From: Candidatus Peregrinibacteria bacterium
GTDB taxonomy: Bacteria > Patescibacteriota > Gracilibacteria > UBA1369 > JABINC01
DNA: 64,000 nt
Assembly: GCA_018697675.1 (NCBI GenBank)
Contig: JABINC010000075.1
Location: forward strand, 7,496 to 71,495
Direction of reading: 5' to 3'
Every line of letters starts with the position of its first letter. The stretch's first letter is position 1. The position numbers were made by a program, and so were the translations under genes. Under the pieces are notes generated by a model. The model had not been told where the DNA came from. It made no database searches and saw only the letters and a program-made list of their open reading frames with translations. Shown here piece after piece: positions 23,772 to 33,902 of this stretch.

Positions 23772-26267
23772 TTAGTACGCCTTGTCAGGTGGGATGTTGT
23801 AGTAGGTGAAAATGAATGTAGCGATTTCCTTGAAAACTGGGCCGGCTGTGACGGCTCCCCATGGAGATGATTTTGGATGATCCATTTTTACTAGAATCAC
23901 AAATTGTGGGTCATCGATCGGTCCGTATCCAGAAAAAGAAGCAATTGTTGTTCCAACTCCTTTGAGGGCCTTACCCCATTTGTAAGTCTGAGAGGTTCCT
24001 GATTTTCCAGCGACGAAATGTCCATCTACGCGAGCCGTTGGGATTCCGTCTTCTACGACGTAGACCATCATAGAAGTAATGGTTTTTGCGGTGTCTGGTG
24101 AAATCACTTGTTCTATTTTTTTTGGTTCGGTTTCTTTGATATCCCCAGTCATTGGATTTTCAGTTTTTTCTACGAGATAAGGTTTCATGAGAACCCCCTT
24201 GTTAGCTAACGCTGAAATACCTGTGACTACTTGTAGCGGAGTTGCAGAGATACCCTGTCCAAATCCATGAGTTACAAGCTCTGATTCTGCCCACTCGGAA
24301 AAGTATTCTACTCGGCCGTCTTCTTCGTTTTCGAGCTCTATGCCGGTGCGGTCGCCGAAGCCAAATTTTGTAACATATTCGTATAGGAGTTTGCGTTCGA
24401 GCTTACGTGCTACAAAAGCCATTCCAATATTGCAAGAATTTCTGAGTACATTCTTCATGGATTCGCGGCCATGGTAGGTTTCGTTAAATGTTCGGATTAT
24501 AAATTCGTCTACTTCAATAGGTCCGTCACATTGATGGGTTGTGTTGGGAGTGACTTCTCCAGCATCGATGGCTCCTGACATAACAAGTGGTTTGAAAACT
24601 GATCCAGGTTCATAGATTTCTTGTACAAGTTTATTTTTGTAAACTTCGGGGCCAACACGATTTTTGTATGAATAGTAAACTCCGGGGAGCTCCGTGTCTT
24701 CAAAAACCTCTATTCGTTCGTCTGGATCTTTTCGAATATAGAGATATTTCCTTTGGCTTTCGCCGGTGCCCACAACATAAAGATTTTTTATTTGTTCATT
24801 TGAAAGTTCGATTTCTTCTTTGGAAAATGCTTCGCCGTATACGTTTGGATTAAATGTTGGGTGTTGTGCCATTGCAAGAATTCTTCCAGTTTTAGGATCC
24901 ATAACTATAACTTGGCCGGAGTCCGCCTCGGCTGCTTCTACTCCAGTTTTCAGAGCTTTTTCTACTTCCAATTGGATTGCACGGTCGATTGTTAAGTAGA
25001 CATTTAGCCCATCTTCTGCGGGCTTGATCACACTTTCACCAACTGTAATTTGGTTACCAGTTCCATCTTTTTGTGAGGTGAAAAACCCTTTTTTACCTTC
25101 GATTGTTTTTTGGAATCCTCCTTCGATTCCGTATTGCCCAATGTTTGCAGAATTCACATATCCGAGCACCTGGGCTGCTAGTTGTCCTTCTGGATAATAA
25201 CGATAATATTCTTCTTGTAGGCGAATTCCGAGAAAGTTTTCGGAGTCTTCTTTTTGAAGTTCTTTTATGGCTTCGGACGTTTCGAGTGGAAGTTTTTTCT
25301 TGAGAACTGTGTAGCGGTTTCTTCCGAGAAGCAGTCGTTCCAAAACCTCGTCATCAAAACCAATCAGTGGAGCGAGTTTGTTTGCGGCCTTACCTTTGTC
25401 TCCTATCTGTGGAGGGAATGCGTATAGATCTCCACCTTCGGTAATTTCTATTCCGTAGAGGTTCAATTTTAGTATTTTTTCTTTGAGTTCTGGGTCAACT
25501 TTTTGGATTAAAAGAATCTGGGTTCGAATTTTTTCTCCGAGTTTTGTCGCAAGTTCGTGTTTGTATTGGCCAAAGAGTTCTTCATCTGTTTTTGGTTTGA
25601 TTTTGCGGAGAGCTTCTTCCATTGCGGCATCTCTGGCGGCTTGTAGGGCTGCAGCTTCTGCGGCTTTCCGTTCTGTCTCTAATGCCGCCTCCGCTTCCGC
25701 TCTGGCGGCAAGCTCTTCTTCTGTGAGTTCTTTGAGGTCTTCTTTGGACGTTACGGTAGCTTCTTCTGTAGAGGTTTCGGTCTCGGCAGTTTCTTCTTTG
25801 GGGGCCTCTTCCGGTGGCAAATTGGGGTCAATCTCTGTTGGGACATCTGAGGATTCCGCGGTAATAGCTCCTGTTCTGGCAAAGGCCTCTCTTTTTGCTT
25901 TGGCGATTTTTCTCTCTTCGATAGTTCGTTCTTCTTCTAGGTTGAAAAGTAGTGGTGCGAGTTTTTCTGCGACCAAAAAAGGATCTTTTATCAGTGCTGG
26001 ATCCGCATATGCGAGATCTAGAGTTGTATTGGTCGCGAGTTTGAACTCTTCTCCAGAGTGATATTCGGTGATCAAAATCTCTCCGCGGCGGGCTGGGAGC
26101 TCGGCATACCCTAAATGTTCACGAGTTGCAATTTTGTCGTAATGCCCGTGTTTTATAATTTGAAACCAGAATATTTTTAGGCCAACGAGGCTAAAACATA
26201 TTATGAAAAGCACTATTAATATGTGTATTCGATTTAGGTCTAAATTCAATTGGTTCTTTCTGAGCAT
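23772..26267 (-). CDS. Penicillin-binding protein 2 / FtsI-type peptidoglycan D,D-transpeptidase with large acidic insert
   Basis: 831 aa. N-terminal TM, SxxK (GSVFKP), SxN (NSCN) and KSGT. ~130-aa E/A/K/T-rich insert in the N-terminal module. Confidence 0.9.
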   Translation of the reverse strand: MLRKNQLNLDLNRIHILIVLFIICFSLVGLKIFWFQIIKHGHYDKIATREHLGYAELPARRGEILITEYHSGEEFKLATNTTLDLAYADPALIKDPFLVAEKLAPLLFNLEEERTIEERKIAKAKREAFARTGAITAESSDVPTEIDPNLPPEEAPKEETAETETSTEEATVTSKEDLKELTEEELAARAEAEAALETERKAAEAAALQAARDAAMEEALRKIKPKTDEELFGQYKHELATKLGEKIRTQILLIQKVDPELKEKILKLNLYGIEITEGGDLYAFPPQIGDKGKAANKLAPLIGFDDEVLERLLLGRNRYTVLKKKLPLETSEAIKELQKEDSENFLGIRLQEEYYRYYPEGQLAAQVLGYVNSANIGQYGIEGGFQKTIEGKKGFFTSQKDGTGNQITVGESVIKPAEDGLNVYLTIDRAIQLEVEKALKTGVEAAEADSGQVIVMDPKTGRILAMAQHPTFNPNVYGEAFSKEEIELSNEQIKNLYVVGTGESQRKYLYIRKDPDERIEVFEDTELPGVYYSYKNRVGPEVYKNKLVQEIYEPGSVFKPLVMSGAIDAGEVTPNTTHQCDGPIEVDEFIIRTFNETYHGRESMKNVLRNSCNIGMAFVARKLERKLLYEYVTKFGFGDRTGIELENEEDGRVEYFSEWAESELVTHGFGQGISATPLQVVTGISALANKGVLMKPYLVEKTENPMTGDIKETEPKKIEQVISPDTAKTITSMMVYVVEDGIPTARVDGHFVAGKSGTSQTYKWGKALKGVGTTIASFSGYGPIDDPQFVILVKMDHPKSSPWGAVTAGPVFKEIATFIFTYYNIPPDKAY

Positions 26268-26354
26268 AAAGACTTTGTTGATTTTTTAGCGGGGCAACTA
26301 TACCATGCCCATGACCTAAAAATACAAACTAAATTATGAATTAAATTTATTAAA

Positions 26355-27620
26355 ATGATTCAAAAAGCAGTCCTTCCAAATGGACTTAGAGTGGTGACAA
26401 AAAAACTTGAAAGTACGAAAGCCGTTACGGTGCTGATATTTGCTGGAGCGGGTTCTAGATACGAAACAAAAGAAATTAATGGGATTGCCCATTTTCTTGA
26501 GCACATGTTTTTCAAAGGCGGAGAGAGATATTGCAATACAAAAGAAGTCTCTGGTGCAATTGATGGAATCGGCGGCAGTTTCAATGCTTTTACAGGTAAA
26601 GAATATGTCGGTTATTATGTAAAAGTTGCTCGAGACAAGATGGATACAGCGATCGATGTTTTGTCTGACATGATGATGAATGCCACTTTTGATCCGGCTG
26701 AAATTGACAAAGAACGTGGTGTGATTTTGGAAGAATTAAATATGTACCAAGATACTCCGATGTACCAAGTTGGTTGGAATTTTGAGAACCTACTCTATGG
26801 AGATCAGCCACTCGGATGGGATCAAATCGGTACCAAGGAATTAATTCAAAGTGTAACTCATGATGATTTCAAAAAATATCAGGCGGACCTATATACTCCT
26901 GAAAATGTTGTAATTACGATTACTGGAAATGTTGAGCATGAGGATATTGTTGAGAAAATCGGGAAAATGTTTCCTTTCCCAAAAGCGGTCAAAGCTTATA
27001 GTGCACTTCCTATTCACCCTTTGGAAAATCCAGAGAAAATTCATGTTGTAAACAAAAAAACTGAGCAAGCTCATATAGTTTGTGGGTTTGAGGGTTATTC
27101 AAATAGCCATCCCGATAAATATGCCAAGAAATTACTTTCAATTATTCTCGGTGGGAATATGAGTTCGCGCATGTTCTTGAATGTTCGCGAAGCCAAGGGG
27201 CTTTCGTATTACATCCAAACTTCTACAGATTTTTTCAAAGACACAGGTGCGATTTCTACTCGTGCGGGTGTTGATGTGAATCGTATTTCACTTGCAGTTG
27301 AAGCGATTATTGAAGAATACAAACAGATTGCTTCAGAGGATGTCCCAGAGCAGGAACTTCAAAAAGCGAAAGATTATTTGCAAGGTAAAATGACACTTCG
27401 TCTGGAGGACACCGAGGAATATGCGTACTTCATAGCTCAGCAGGAACTTCTTATGGACGAAACAAAAACTATTGAAGAAATTTTCGCCGAGATGGACGAA
27501 GTCACAGTGGCTGATATCAGAAGAGTCGCTGAAGATTTGTTCAAAGAAGATAAATTGAGATTGGCACTTATTGGGCCATGTGGGGATGAAAAAGAACTTG
27601 AAAAAATACTAAAATTTTAA
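26355..27620 (+). CDS. M16 family (pitrilysin/insulinase-like) zinc peptidase
   Basis: 421 aa. Inverted zinc motif HFLEHMFFKG (HxxEH). Confidence 0.85.
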   Translation: MIQKAVLPNGLRVVTKKLESTKAVTVLIFAGAGSRYETKEINGIAHFLEHMFFKGGERYCNTKEVSGAIDGIGGSFNAFTGKEYVGYYVKVARDKMDTAIDVLSDMMMNATFDPAEIDKERGVILEELNMYQDTPMYQVGWNFENLLYGDQPLGWDQIGTKELIQSVTHDDFKKYQADLYTPENVVITITGNVEHEDIVEKIGKMFPFPKAVKAYSALPIHPLENPEKIHVVNKKTEQAHIVCGFEGYSNSHPDKYAKKLLSIILGGNMSSRMFLNVREAKGLSYYIQTSTDFFKDTGAISTRAGVDVNRISLAVEAIIEEYKQIASEDVPEQELQKAKDYLQGKMTLRLEDTEEYAYFIAQQELLMDETKTIEEIFAEMDEVTVADIRRVAEDLFKEDKLRLALIGPCGDEKELEKILKF

Positions 27621-27649
27621 TTGAAAAACATTTTTTAATATAAAAAACT

Positions 27650-28132
27650 ATGCATCCAGAACGAACACTTATTCTTGTTAAGCCTGACGCGATTCAGCGT
27701 GGACTTATTGGAGATATTATTTCTCGATTTGAGAAAAAAGGACTTAAAATTGTTGGAATGAAGATGATGTCTCTAGATGAAGCGGTACTTCGTGAGCACT
27801 ATGCTCATATTTCTGATAAGCCGTTTTTCCCGGGGCTTTCACAATTTATGATGAGCTCGCCGGTGATTGCAATTTGTATCGAAGGACTTGATTGTGTTGA
27901 TGCGGTACGTCGCATAACCGGAATTACAAAGGCGCGTGAAGCGGAGGCGGGGTCTATCCGTGGAGATTTTGCAATGAGCGTATCTTGTAATGTTGTGCAC
28001 GCTTCGGATTCGATTGAAAATGCTGCAAAAGAAGTTCCTAGATTCTTCAAATCAGATGAAACTTACAAATACCAAAAATCGGAGTATGAGCATGTTTACG
28101 CTGAAGAAGAGCTCGAAGCAATGGGTGGCTAA
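27650..28132 (+). CDS. ndk: Nucleoside diphosphate kinase
   Basis: 160 aa. ERTLILVKPDA, and NVVHASDS with the catalytic His. Confidence 0.9.
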   Translation: MHPERTLILVKPDAIQRGLIGDIISRFEKKGLKIVGMKMMSLDEAVLREHYAHISDKPFFPGLSQFMMSSPVIAICIEGLDCVDAVRRITGITKAREAEAGSIRGDFAMSVSCNVVHASDSIENAAKEVPRFFKSDETYKYQKSEYEHVYAEEELEAMGG

Positions 28133-28259
28133 AGTCTTTTAAAAGGTTGTAATTAGCGAGGATTTTTCGGTTAGGAATTTTTATTTTTGACCTTGCTTTT
28201 TATTGTAAAATTTTTAAAATACTGTATAATTTATAGATGAAATAGTAATTATATCAACC

Positions 28260-28682
28260 ATGACCAATACAGGTGGTTCAAATAGTGAGAATAAAATACC
28301 TGAAGATGCTAATTTAGGAGCTGAAGGGCCGTGTGACTATTTTGATTTAAGAAAAAAGGAAAAAGCAAGGATAAAGACTGCTATTGAGGTGGCTGTTTCT
28401 GCACATAGGGAGGCCTTGAAGGTACTGGGAGCAGCAGAGGAATCTGGAGAAGGAGCTGAGGAAGCTGAAGTTGTTGCTGAAGAAACTTTGAGAGTACTTA
28501 GGGAAGTTCTTGGCCTTTCGGATAAAGAGGAGCTCCAAGCTGGAGATACAGATCCTACGGCAGTTCCAGTTGAAGAACCTTTTGCTGTGTCAGATCCGGC
28601 TGCTGAAACGGTTGTAGATGAGCCAGCTCCAACACATGATTTTGATGAAGATGAAGACGAGCCAGTTGCTGCAGTGGGTTAA
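28260..28682 (+). CDS. Acidic hypothetical protein (orphan)
   Basis: 140 aa, E/A/D/V-rich, no motif. TATAAT at 28225-28230 upstream. Confidence 0.45.
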   Translation: MTNTGGSNSENKIPEDANLGAEGPCDYFDLRKKEKARIKTAIEVAVSAHREALKVLGAAEESGEGAEEAEVVAEETLRVLREVLGLSDKEELQAGDTDPTAVPVEEPFAVSDPAAETVVDEPAPTHDFDEDEDEPVAAVG

Positions 28683-28728
28683 TTAACATATTGTCGAAAT
28701 GCTTTGAAAAAAGTAAGATGCAGGCGTT

Positions 28729-30195
28729 TTGATACGTTTTTTTAAAGTATTTGAGATGTTTATTCAGAAATTAGAATTTTTTATAGATCCGGTAAAACTT
28801 TTTGGTTTTTTGGATCAAGGAAAACGTAAAGATAAGCTTTCATTCTTGCATGATCCTACGGTTGTTACCGCTGGGGAAGTTGAAAAAAAGTTTTCGATTA
28901 TTGTGTGTGGTTCCAAAGTTTTGACTGATAAAATTGAAAATCCAAATACTGAAAATTTGAGAGAAGTTTTTGAAGCTTTGGAGGCTGAATTAGATGGGAG
29001 GAAAAAGGTATTGGAAAATTATCTTGAGAATTTTGTACTTAAGGATGAAGTGAAAAACCTGCCATTTTTGAGTGGGCTTGTGGGTTTTTTCTCTTATGAT
29101 CTTGGTCTTGGATTTGAAAATATTGGATCTAGCTGCGCCGACGATCGTGGTTATCCAAGCTATTATTTCACCGTTAGCGAGGAAGTTCTTTTGGTCGATC
29201 ATGTGAAAAAAGAGATGTGGGTTGTTCTTCCGGATGAGTCTGATTTGGAGTTTTTTGAGAGTTTGAAGCATGTGAATTTTAAGGAGCCGATTATTATAAC
29301 AGAGGAAGATGAAGGTGGGGTGAATTCAAATTTAACTGAAGAGCAATATTGTGAAAAAATTCGGTGTGTGAAAGAATATTTGAGGAAAGGTGAGACGTAT
29401 CAGGTGAATTTTTCTCAACGATTTAATTTTCAAAGTTTGAAATCTCCGTGGGAGGTTTATAAAAAAGTTTCGAATATTAATCCTTCTAGGCATCAGGTGT
29501 TTTTGCCCGGAAAATATTCAAATGAGATCAATGCTGAGAATTTTTGGATAGTGTCGAATTCTCCGGAGAGACTTTTTAAGATTGGGGTGGGGGATGATGG
29601 GCGGCGAGTTATTGAGACGCGGCCGATAAAAGGGACTATTGGGGTGAAGGGGTATGAGTCAGAGGATGAATTAAAGGTCTTGGGGCAGGAGCTCAAAGAT
29701 TCTGAAAAAGATAAAGCTGAATTGGAAATGATCGTGGATATGTCTAGAAATGATCTTGGGCGGATTTGTGAATTTGGCACTGTGGAAGTCGTGGAGCACC
29801 GTGCTCTCGAAAAATACTCTCATCTGCTGCACACAGCTTCTACTGTGCAGGGAGTACTTCGAGATGGTCCGGATCTTTATGATATTTTTAGAGCCCTTTT
29901 TCCTGGGGCTTCGATAACCGGTTGTCCAAAAAAGCGCACAATGGAAATAATTGATAGGCTTGAAGAATATTCACGCGGAGTTTATTGTGGCTCGATGGGG
30001 TATTTGGATTGTAGAGGTGGCGCTGATTTTAACATTATGATTCGCACACTTTTCGCCAAAGAAAATCGACGTGCTGGATTTGGATATGTTATGCATTCTG
30101 GCGGAGGGATTGTTTATGATTCAACTCCCGAGCTTGAATTTAAGGAAACTTTTGATAAGGTGAATGCGTTTTTACATGCAATAAAAGAATATTAA
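28729..30195 (+). CDS. pabB: Aminodeoxychorismate synthase component I (chorismate-binding enzyme)
   Basis: SPERLF, RPIKGT and GVYCGSMGY motifs of the anthranilate/ADC synthase family, in folate-gene context. True start is probably MFIQK (about 28756). Confidence 0.75.
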   Translation: MIRFFKVFEMFIQKLEFFIDPVKLFGFLDQGKRKDKLSFLHDPTVVTAGEVEKKFSIIVCGSKVLTDKIENPNTENLREVFEALEAELDGRKKVLENYLENFVLKDEVKNLPFLSGLVGFFSYDLGLGFENIGSSCADDRGYPSYYFTVSEEVLLVDHVKKEMWVVLPDESDLEFFESLKHVNFKEPIIITEEDEGGVNSNLTEEQYCEKIRCVKEYLRKGETYQVNFSQRFNFQSLKSPWEVYKKVSNINPSRHQVFLPGKYSNEINAENFWIVSNSPERLFKIGVGDDGRRVIETRPIKGTIGVKGYESEDELKVLGQELKDSEKDKAELEMIVDMSRNDLGRICEFGTVEVVEHRALEKYSHLLHTASTVQGVLRDGPDLYDIFRALFPGASITGCPKKRTMEIIDRLEEYSRGVYCGSMGYLDCRGGADFNIMIRTLFAKENRRAGFGYVMHSGGGIVYDSTPELEFKETFDKVNAFLHAIKEY

Positions 30196-30204
30196 TTTTT
30201 TGAT

Positions 30205-31023
30205 ATGATAGTTTTTTTGAATGGAAAATTCGTTTCCGAAAATGATGCAGTTGTGGGGGTGAATGACGCCGGGTTTTTGTATGGTCATGGAGTTTATGAG
30301 ACACTTCGAGCTTTTGATGGAAAGCTGAAATTTTTGGATGAACATTTGGATAGGCTGAATGAATCGGCAGCAGCCTTTGGATTAGAAGTGCCTTATTCTA
30401 AAAATGAAATTAAGGGGTTTTTGGAAGAGTTGGTTGGGAAGAATTTAGAAGAAAGAAAAGATTTAAGAATTCGGATTACTTTGACTGCTGGAGAAGGGAG
30501 TTTCTATACTGGAGAATCCGGGCAGCCTACTTTTTTGATAACTACGCGAATAATTTATGAAGAAAATGTAGATCCAGTTTCTGTCGCTACCTTGGAGATT
30601 GAGCGCACATACCCTCAAATCAAATCCACTTCAATGATTTCAAATATCTTGGCCAAAAATCATGCGAGGTCGCAGGGGGCTTTTGAATCAATAATGATTG
30701 ATCGGCGTGGGCGGGCTACAGAGGGAACTTTTACGAATTTATTTATTGTGAAAAATGGAGTTTTGAAAACACCGGGTCAGTGGATGCTTTCTGGTATAAC
30801 TCGAAAAATGATTCTCGAACTTGCCCCTGAGATTATGCCAGTAGAGGAGTGCGATATTTTTCGCGAGGAATTATATGATGCTGATGAAATTCTCCTCACA
30901 AATTCAGTAAAAGGAATTGTCTCTGTACGAGAGGTAGATGGTCGGGTCGTCGGTGACGGGGAGATGGGCAAATTTACTCAGAGGATTCAGAAGAAATATC
31001 TTGAGGTTCTACATCAATTGTAA
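30205..31023 (+). CDS. Class IV aminotransferase fold (aminodeoxychorismate lyase-like)
   Basis: 272 aa. Fold-type IV pattern (YGHGVYETLR, EGTFTNLF, LSGITR). Position after pabB suggests PabC. Confidence 0.7.
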   Translation: MIVFLNGKFVSENDAVVGVNDAGFLYGHGVYETLRAFDGKLKFLDEHLDRLNESAAAFGLEVPYSKNEIKGFLEELVGKNLEERKDLRIRITLTAGEGSFYTGESGQPTFLITTRIIYEENVDPVSVATLEIERTYPQIKSTSMISNILAKNHARSQGAFESIMIDRRGRATEGTFTNLFIVKNGVLKTPGQWMLSGITRKMILELAPEIMPVEECDIFREELYDADEILLTNSVKGIVSVREVDGRVVGDGEMGKFTQRIQKKYLEVLHQL

Positions 31024-31432
31024 GAAGTTCGAAAAGATATTTGTAGACAGGGAACTCATTGTTATCTGAATGGGAGATTCTTCGAATCCTTTTGTCCCAA
31101 TTTGTTAATGGGAATTTCCCGTAAAATTCTCTTACAAATTTCCTTGTGAAATGAATTATTGCCTCTTTCTCATTTTGAAGATCCCCCTTCTCAACATATT
31201 TGTCTTGGATTCTGAGGCGGGCTAGAAGTTTCCTAGCATTTTCTGTAGTTGAGCAGAAAATGTGTGCACTCAGCCATATTCGATCCGGTCCTCGTGTGGC
31301 ACATATCAACATTCCGTTTTCAGTTTTATCGCCTCTAACCCTAACCTTTTCTAGGCCTATCAGTTTTTGGCATTGATCAATTATTCTATTTTGATCTTCT
31401 TCTGGGGGACGTTTTGGAGTGGTCAATGCCAT
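30974..31432 (-). CDS. Hypothetical protein (orphan, antisense-oriented inside the folate cluster)
   Basis: 152-aa ORF. Its 3' end overlaps the pabC-like gene by 50 nt. No motif. Confidence 0.4.
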   Translation of the reverse strand: MALTTPKRPPEEDQNRIIDQCQKLIGLEKVRVRGDKTENGMLICATRGPDRIWLSAHIFCSTTENARKLLARLRIQDKYVEKGDLQNEKEAIIHFTRKFVREFYGKFPLTNWDKRIRRISHSDNNEFPVYKYLFELLTIDVEPQDISSESSE

Positions 31433-31495
31433 TTGAAACTTGATTAAGAAGGGTGAATTCTATACCTTTTGAAGCGTTTTTAAAAGAGTATTTAT

Positions 31496-32293
31496 ATGAA
31501 ACGTGAAATTCAACTTATGGCAATCTTGAATGTTACTCCTGACAGTTTGTTCGGCAGTCGCGTTGGCGACTTTGGAATGTGTATTCGAAAAATGCTTGAT
31601 GAAGGTGCGGATATTGTTGATGTCGGAGGTGAGAGTACGGGGCCGGGGAGCTCGGATGTGTCGCCCGAGGAAGAATGGGCTCGTATTGAGCCAGCTTTGA
31701 AAATTTTACAGAATTTGAAAAAAGAAAGAGATTTTCAGATCTCTGTGGATACTTACAAGGCGGATGTTTTTGAAAGAGCTCTGCAATATGGAGTTGATAT
31801 TTTAAATGATGTTACGGCGCTCTGCGGAGATCCAAAAATGGTTAAATTAGTAGCTGAAAATGATGCTAAAGTTTGCCTTATGTATGCGGTTCAGAGACTT
31901 AGTGCCAAAGGCAATGAAATACGCACAAACACAGAAGAAATTCAATACGATGATGTGATAAAAACTATCGGAGATGCCCTGGAAGAACGTATGAATTTTT
32001 GCACTCAAAATGGGATCGATCGAAGTAAAATTATCCTCGATCCAGGTATGGGGGCCTTCGTCTCTGGTGACCATAAATATAGCTGGGAAATCCTCGATAG
32101 ACTTCAAGAATTAAAAGAAAGATTTCCAGATTTACCACTTCTGATTGGTGCTTCTAGAAAGGGTTTTACAGGTCCAGGACTTCCTCCGGAAGAGAGGCTT
32201 CCAGGCTCCCTCAAAGCTGCAGAACTTGCTGTTCGAAATGGCGCTGATATTCTCCGAGTGCATGACATCGCTCCTACCAAAGCCTTATTATAA
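31496..32293 (+). CDS. folP: Dihydropteroate synthase
   Basis: 265 aa. DVGGESTGPG, ILNDV and GASRKGF motifs. Confidence 0.9.
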   Translation: MKREIQLMAILNVTPDSLFGSRVGDFGMCIRKMLDEGADIVDVGGESTGPGSSDVSPEEEWARIEPALKILQNLKKERDFQISVDTYKADVFERALQYGVDILNDVTALCGDPKMVKLVAENDAKVCLMYAVQRLSAKGNEIRTNTEEIQYDDVIKTIGDALEERMNFCTQNGIDRSKIILDPGMGAFVSGDHKYSWEILDRLQELKERFPDLPLLIGASRKGFTGPGLPPEERLPGSLKAAELAVRNGADILRVHDIAPTKALL

Positions 32294-32303
32294 CAGGAAA
32301 AGC

Positions 32304-32331
32304 TTTACTTGATACGTATTTTTGGTATAAT
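32304..32331 (+). promoter_or_regulatory. Extended -10 promoter of the 32355 orphan gene
   Basis: TTTACT (32304-32309), 16-nt spacer, TGGTATAAT (32323-32331). Confidence 0.45.
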
Positions 32332-32354
32332 ACCCTCTTGTAATTTTTTTATTT

Positions 32355-33413
32355 ATGGATGATTTCCTAGAAAAGGGGTTGGAAGTTGATGATGATTTGG
32401 CCCATGGTCACGTTTCTGATTGGGGCTTGAATGGTGGCGCTTGCGAAACAGCAGTGTCTATTAGAGGACTTGTAGCTGGACAATGCTCAGAAGTGGATCA
32501 TGATGAAGGGGATGGTGAGACATTTGAGGATAAAGTTGAACAAGAAGTCCCATGGAAAGATAGAGAGTATGTTGTTAATTGTACGGGGGATTATGAATTT
32601 GAGCTTGTCAGATTAATTAATCGATTTGGAGGAAGTGTAACTTCCAAGAATTTTGCCACTTTATCTGATCCAAAAAAACGATGCCTAGAGACTTTAGCCA
32701 GTGTTAAACAGCCTATGTATAAGCGCCTCAAAAAGGCTCTTGGGATAGATGTTGATTTTTTCAGTCTTGATAAAAGTTGCTATCCGCCTAGGTGGATTAT
32801 CAATGTTGATGAATTGAAAATTGCTTTTAGAAGCTCTCCAGTTATTGATGTGCCTGAAGGAGATTTTGATCTCGAATTTAGAGCGGGAGAAGTTGAGGGT
32901 TGGTCTTCTATAATAATTGCAGTTAAGAATGTTAGTGAAGGCATTACGGATAGTGACCTGCTTTCGAGGGTGTCCTTTTATGATATAAATAATCTAAATA
33001 GACAAAGGGTTCAGGGAACTAGTAGAATTGAAAGTGGAGGGGCGAATTCTTCTACGGTTTTACGTGTATTTAAGGATTTGATTGTAGATGGTTATGTTAA
33101 GAAAACTGCAGATTTTGCTGATGGACTTGTAAGCCTAGGAAGTGGTGTTTTGGGGGCTTTGAAGAATATACTTTCTAGATTGGGAATGGATGATATTACT
33201 ATTATTGGTGGTGGATTTGGACCAAATCTCTTTGAAATACAAGGTAATCTAGATGATTATGAATTTGTTTTTCATAACGGTACGATGATGTTTGTTTTGG
33301 ACAGAAGGAAGTTTGTTGGGGAGGATGGCGAAGTTGATGAGGCATTGTTGGAGAGGGCTAAGCGCTTGGCAACTGAACGTTGTAAAAATATTGCTGTAGC
33401 GCGAAAGGTTTAG
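32355..33413 (+). CDS. Hypothetical protein (orphan)
   Basis: 352 aa, D/E/G/V-rich, no motif recognised. Confidence 0.5.
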   Translation: MDDFLEKGLEVDDDLAHGHVSDWGLNGGACETAVSIRGLVAGQCSEVDHDEGDGETFEDKVEQEVPWKDREYVVNCTGDYEFELVRLINRFGGSVTSKNFATLSDPKKRCLETLASVKQPMYKRLKKALGIDVDFFSLDKSCYPPRWIINVDELKIAFRSSPVIDVPEGDFDLEFRAGEVEGWSSIIIAVKNVSEGITDSDLLSRVSFYDINNLNRQRVQGTSRIESGGANSSTVLRVFKDLIVDGYVKKTADFADGLVSLGSGVLGALKNILSRLGMDDITIIGGGFGPNLFEIQGNLDDYEFVFHNGTMMFVLDRRKFVGEDGEVDEALLERAKRLATERCKNIAVARKV

Positions 33414-33482
33414 CTAAATCACATTGCTTGCAGATCTTATTATGCTAAAGTTTTTTTGGTGTTAATTTTTAATTTTTGAATT

Positions 33483-33902
33483 ATGAAAAAGTTAATTGTT
33501 GTTTTTTCTGTTTTTTGTTTGGTGCTTGTGGGCTGTGGAGGGGGTGATCTTGAGGTTATAGATGAATTTTATGATTATGATTTTCCTGATCATGTGACCA
33601 TCGAAGGGGTTGATTATCCGCTTCATCCTGAGGCTGTGCCCAATAGGTCTGTTGGAACTTTTAGGGTTTATATTATAGATGGAGAAGCAGAGGCTGTTTT
33701 TGATTGGTATACAACTGAGATGGCCGCTGAAGGGTGGGGGATTTCTTTGGATGGAAGCAATGGCAAGACAGGGCAGAGGACTTTTCACAGAGGTGACACT
33801 TCTGATAAGCCAAGTCTGGAATTTGTGATTGTAAATGTTTTTGAGCAAGAGGACATGGCCGCTCTTAATATCGCTCCTCAGCCAAATCGATATAGAAAAT
33901 AA
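33483..33902 (+). CDS. Small lipoprotein, function unknown
   Basis: 139 aa. Signal peptide with lipobox (LVLVGCGGG). Confidence 0.55.
   Translation: MKKLIVVFSVFCLVLVGCGGGDLEVIDEFYDYDFPDHVTIEGVDYPLHPEAVPNRSVGTFRVYIIDGEAEAVFDWYTTEMAAEGWGISLDGSNGKTGQRTFHRGDTSDKPSLEFVIVNVFEQEDMAALNIAPQPNRYRK

Noticed and set aside
25483-26061. 192-aa plus-strand ORF (Ala/Ser-rich) inside the PBP2 gene
   Set aside because: It is a shadow ORF generated by the GC-richer low-complexity insert of PBP2. The minus-strand frame carries all PBP motifs.
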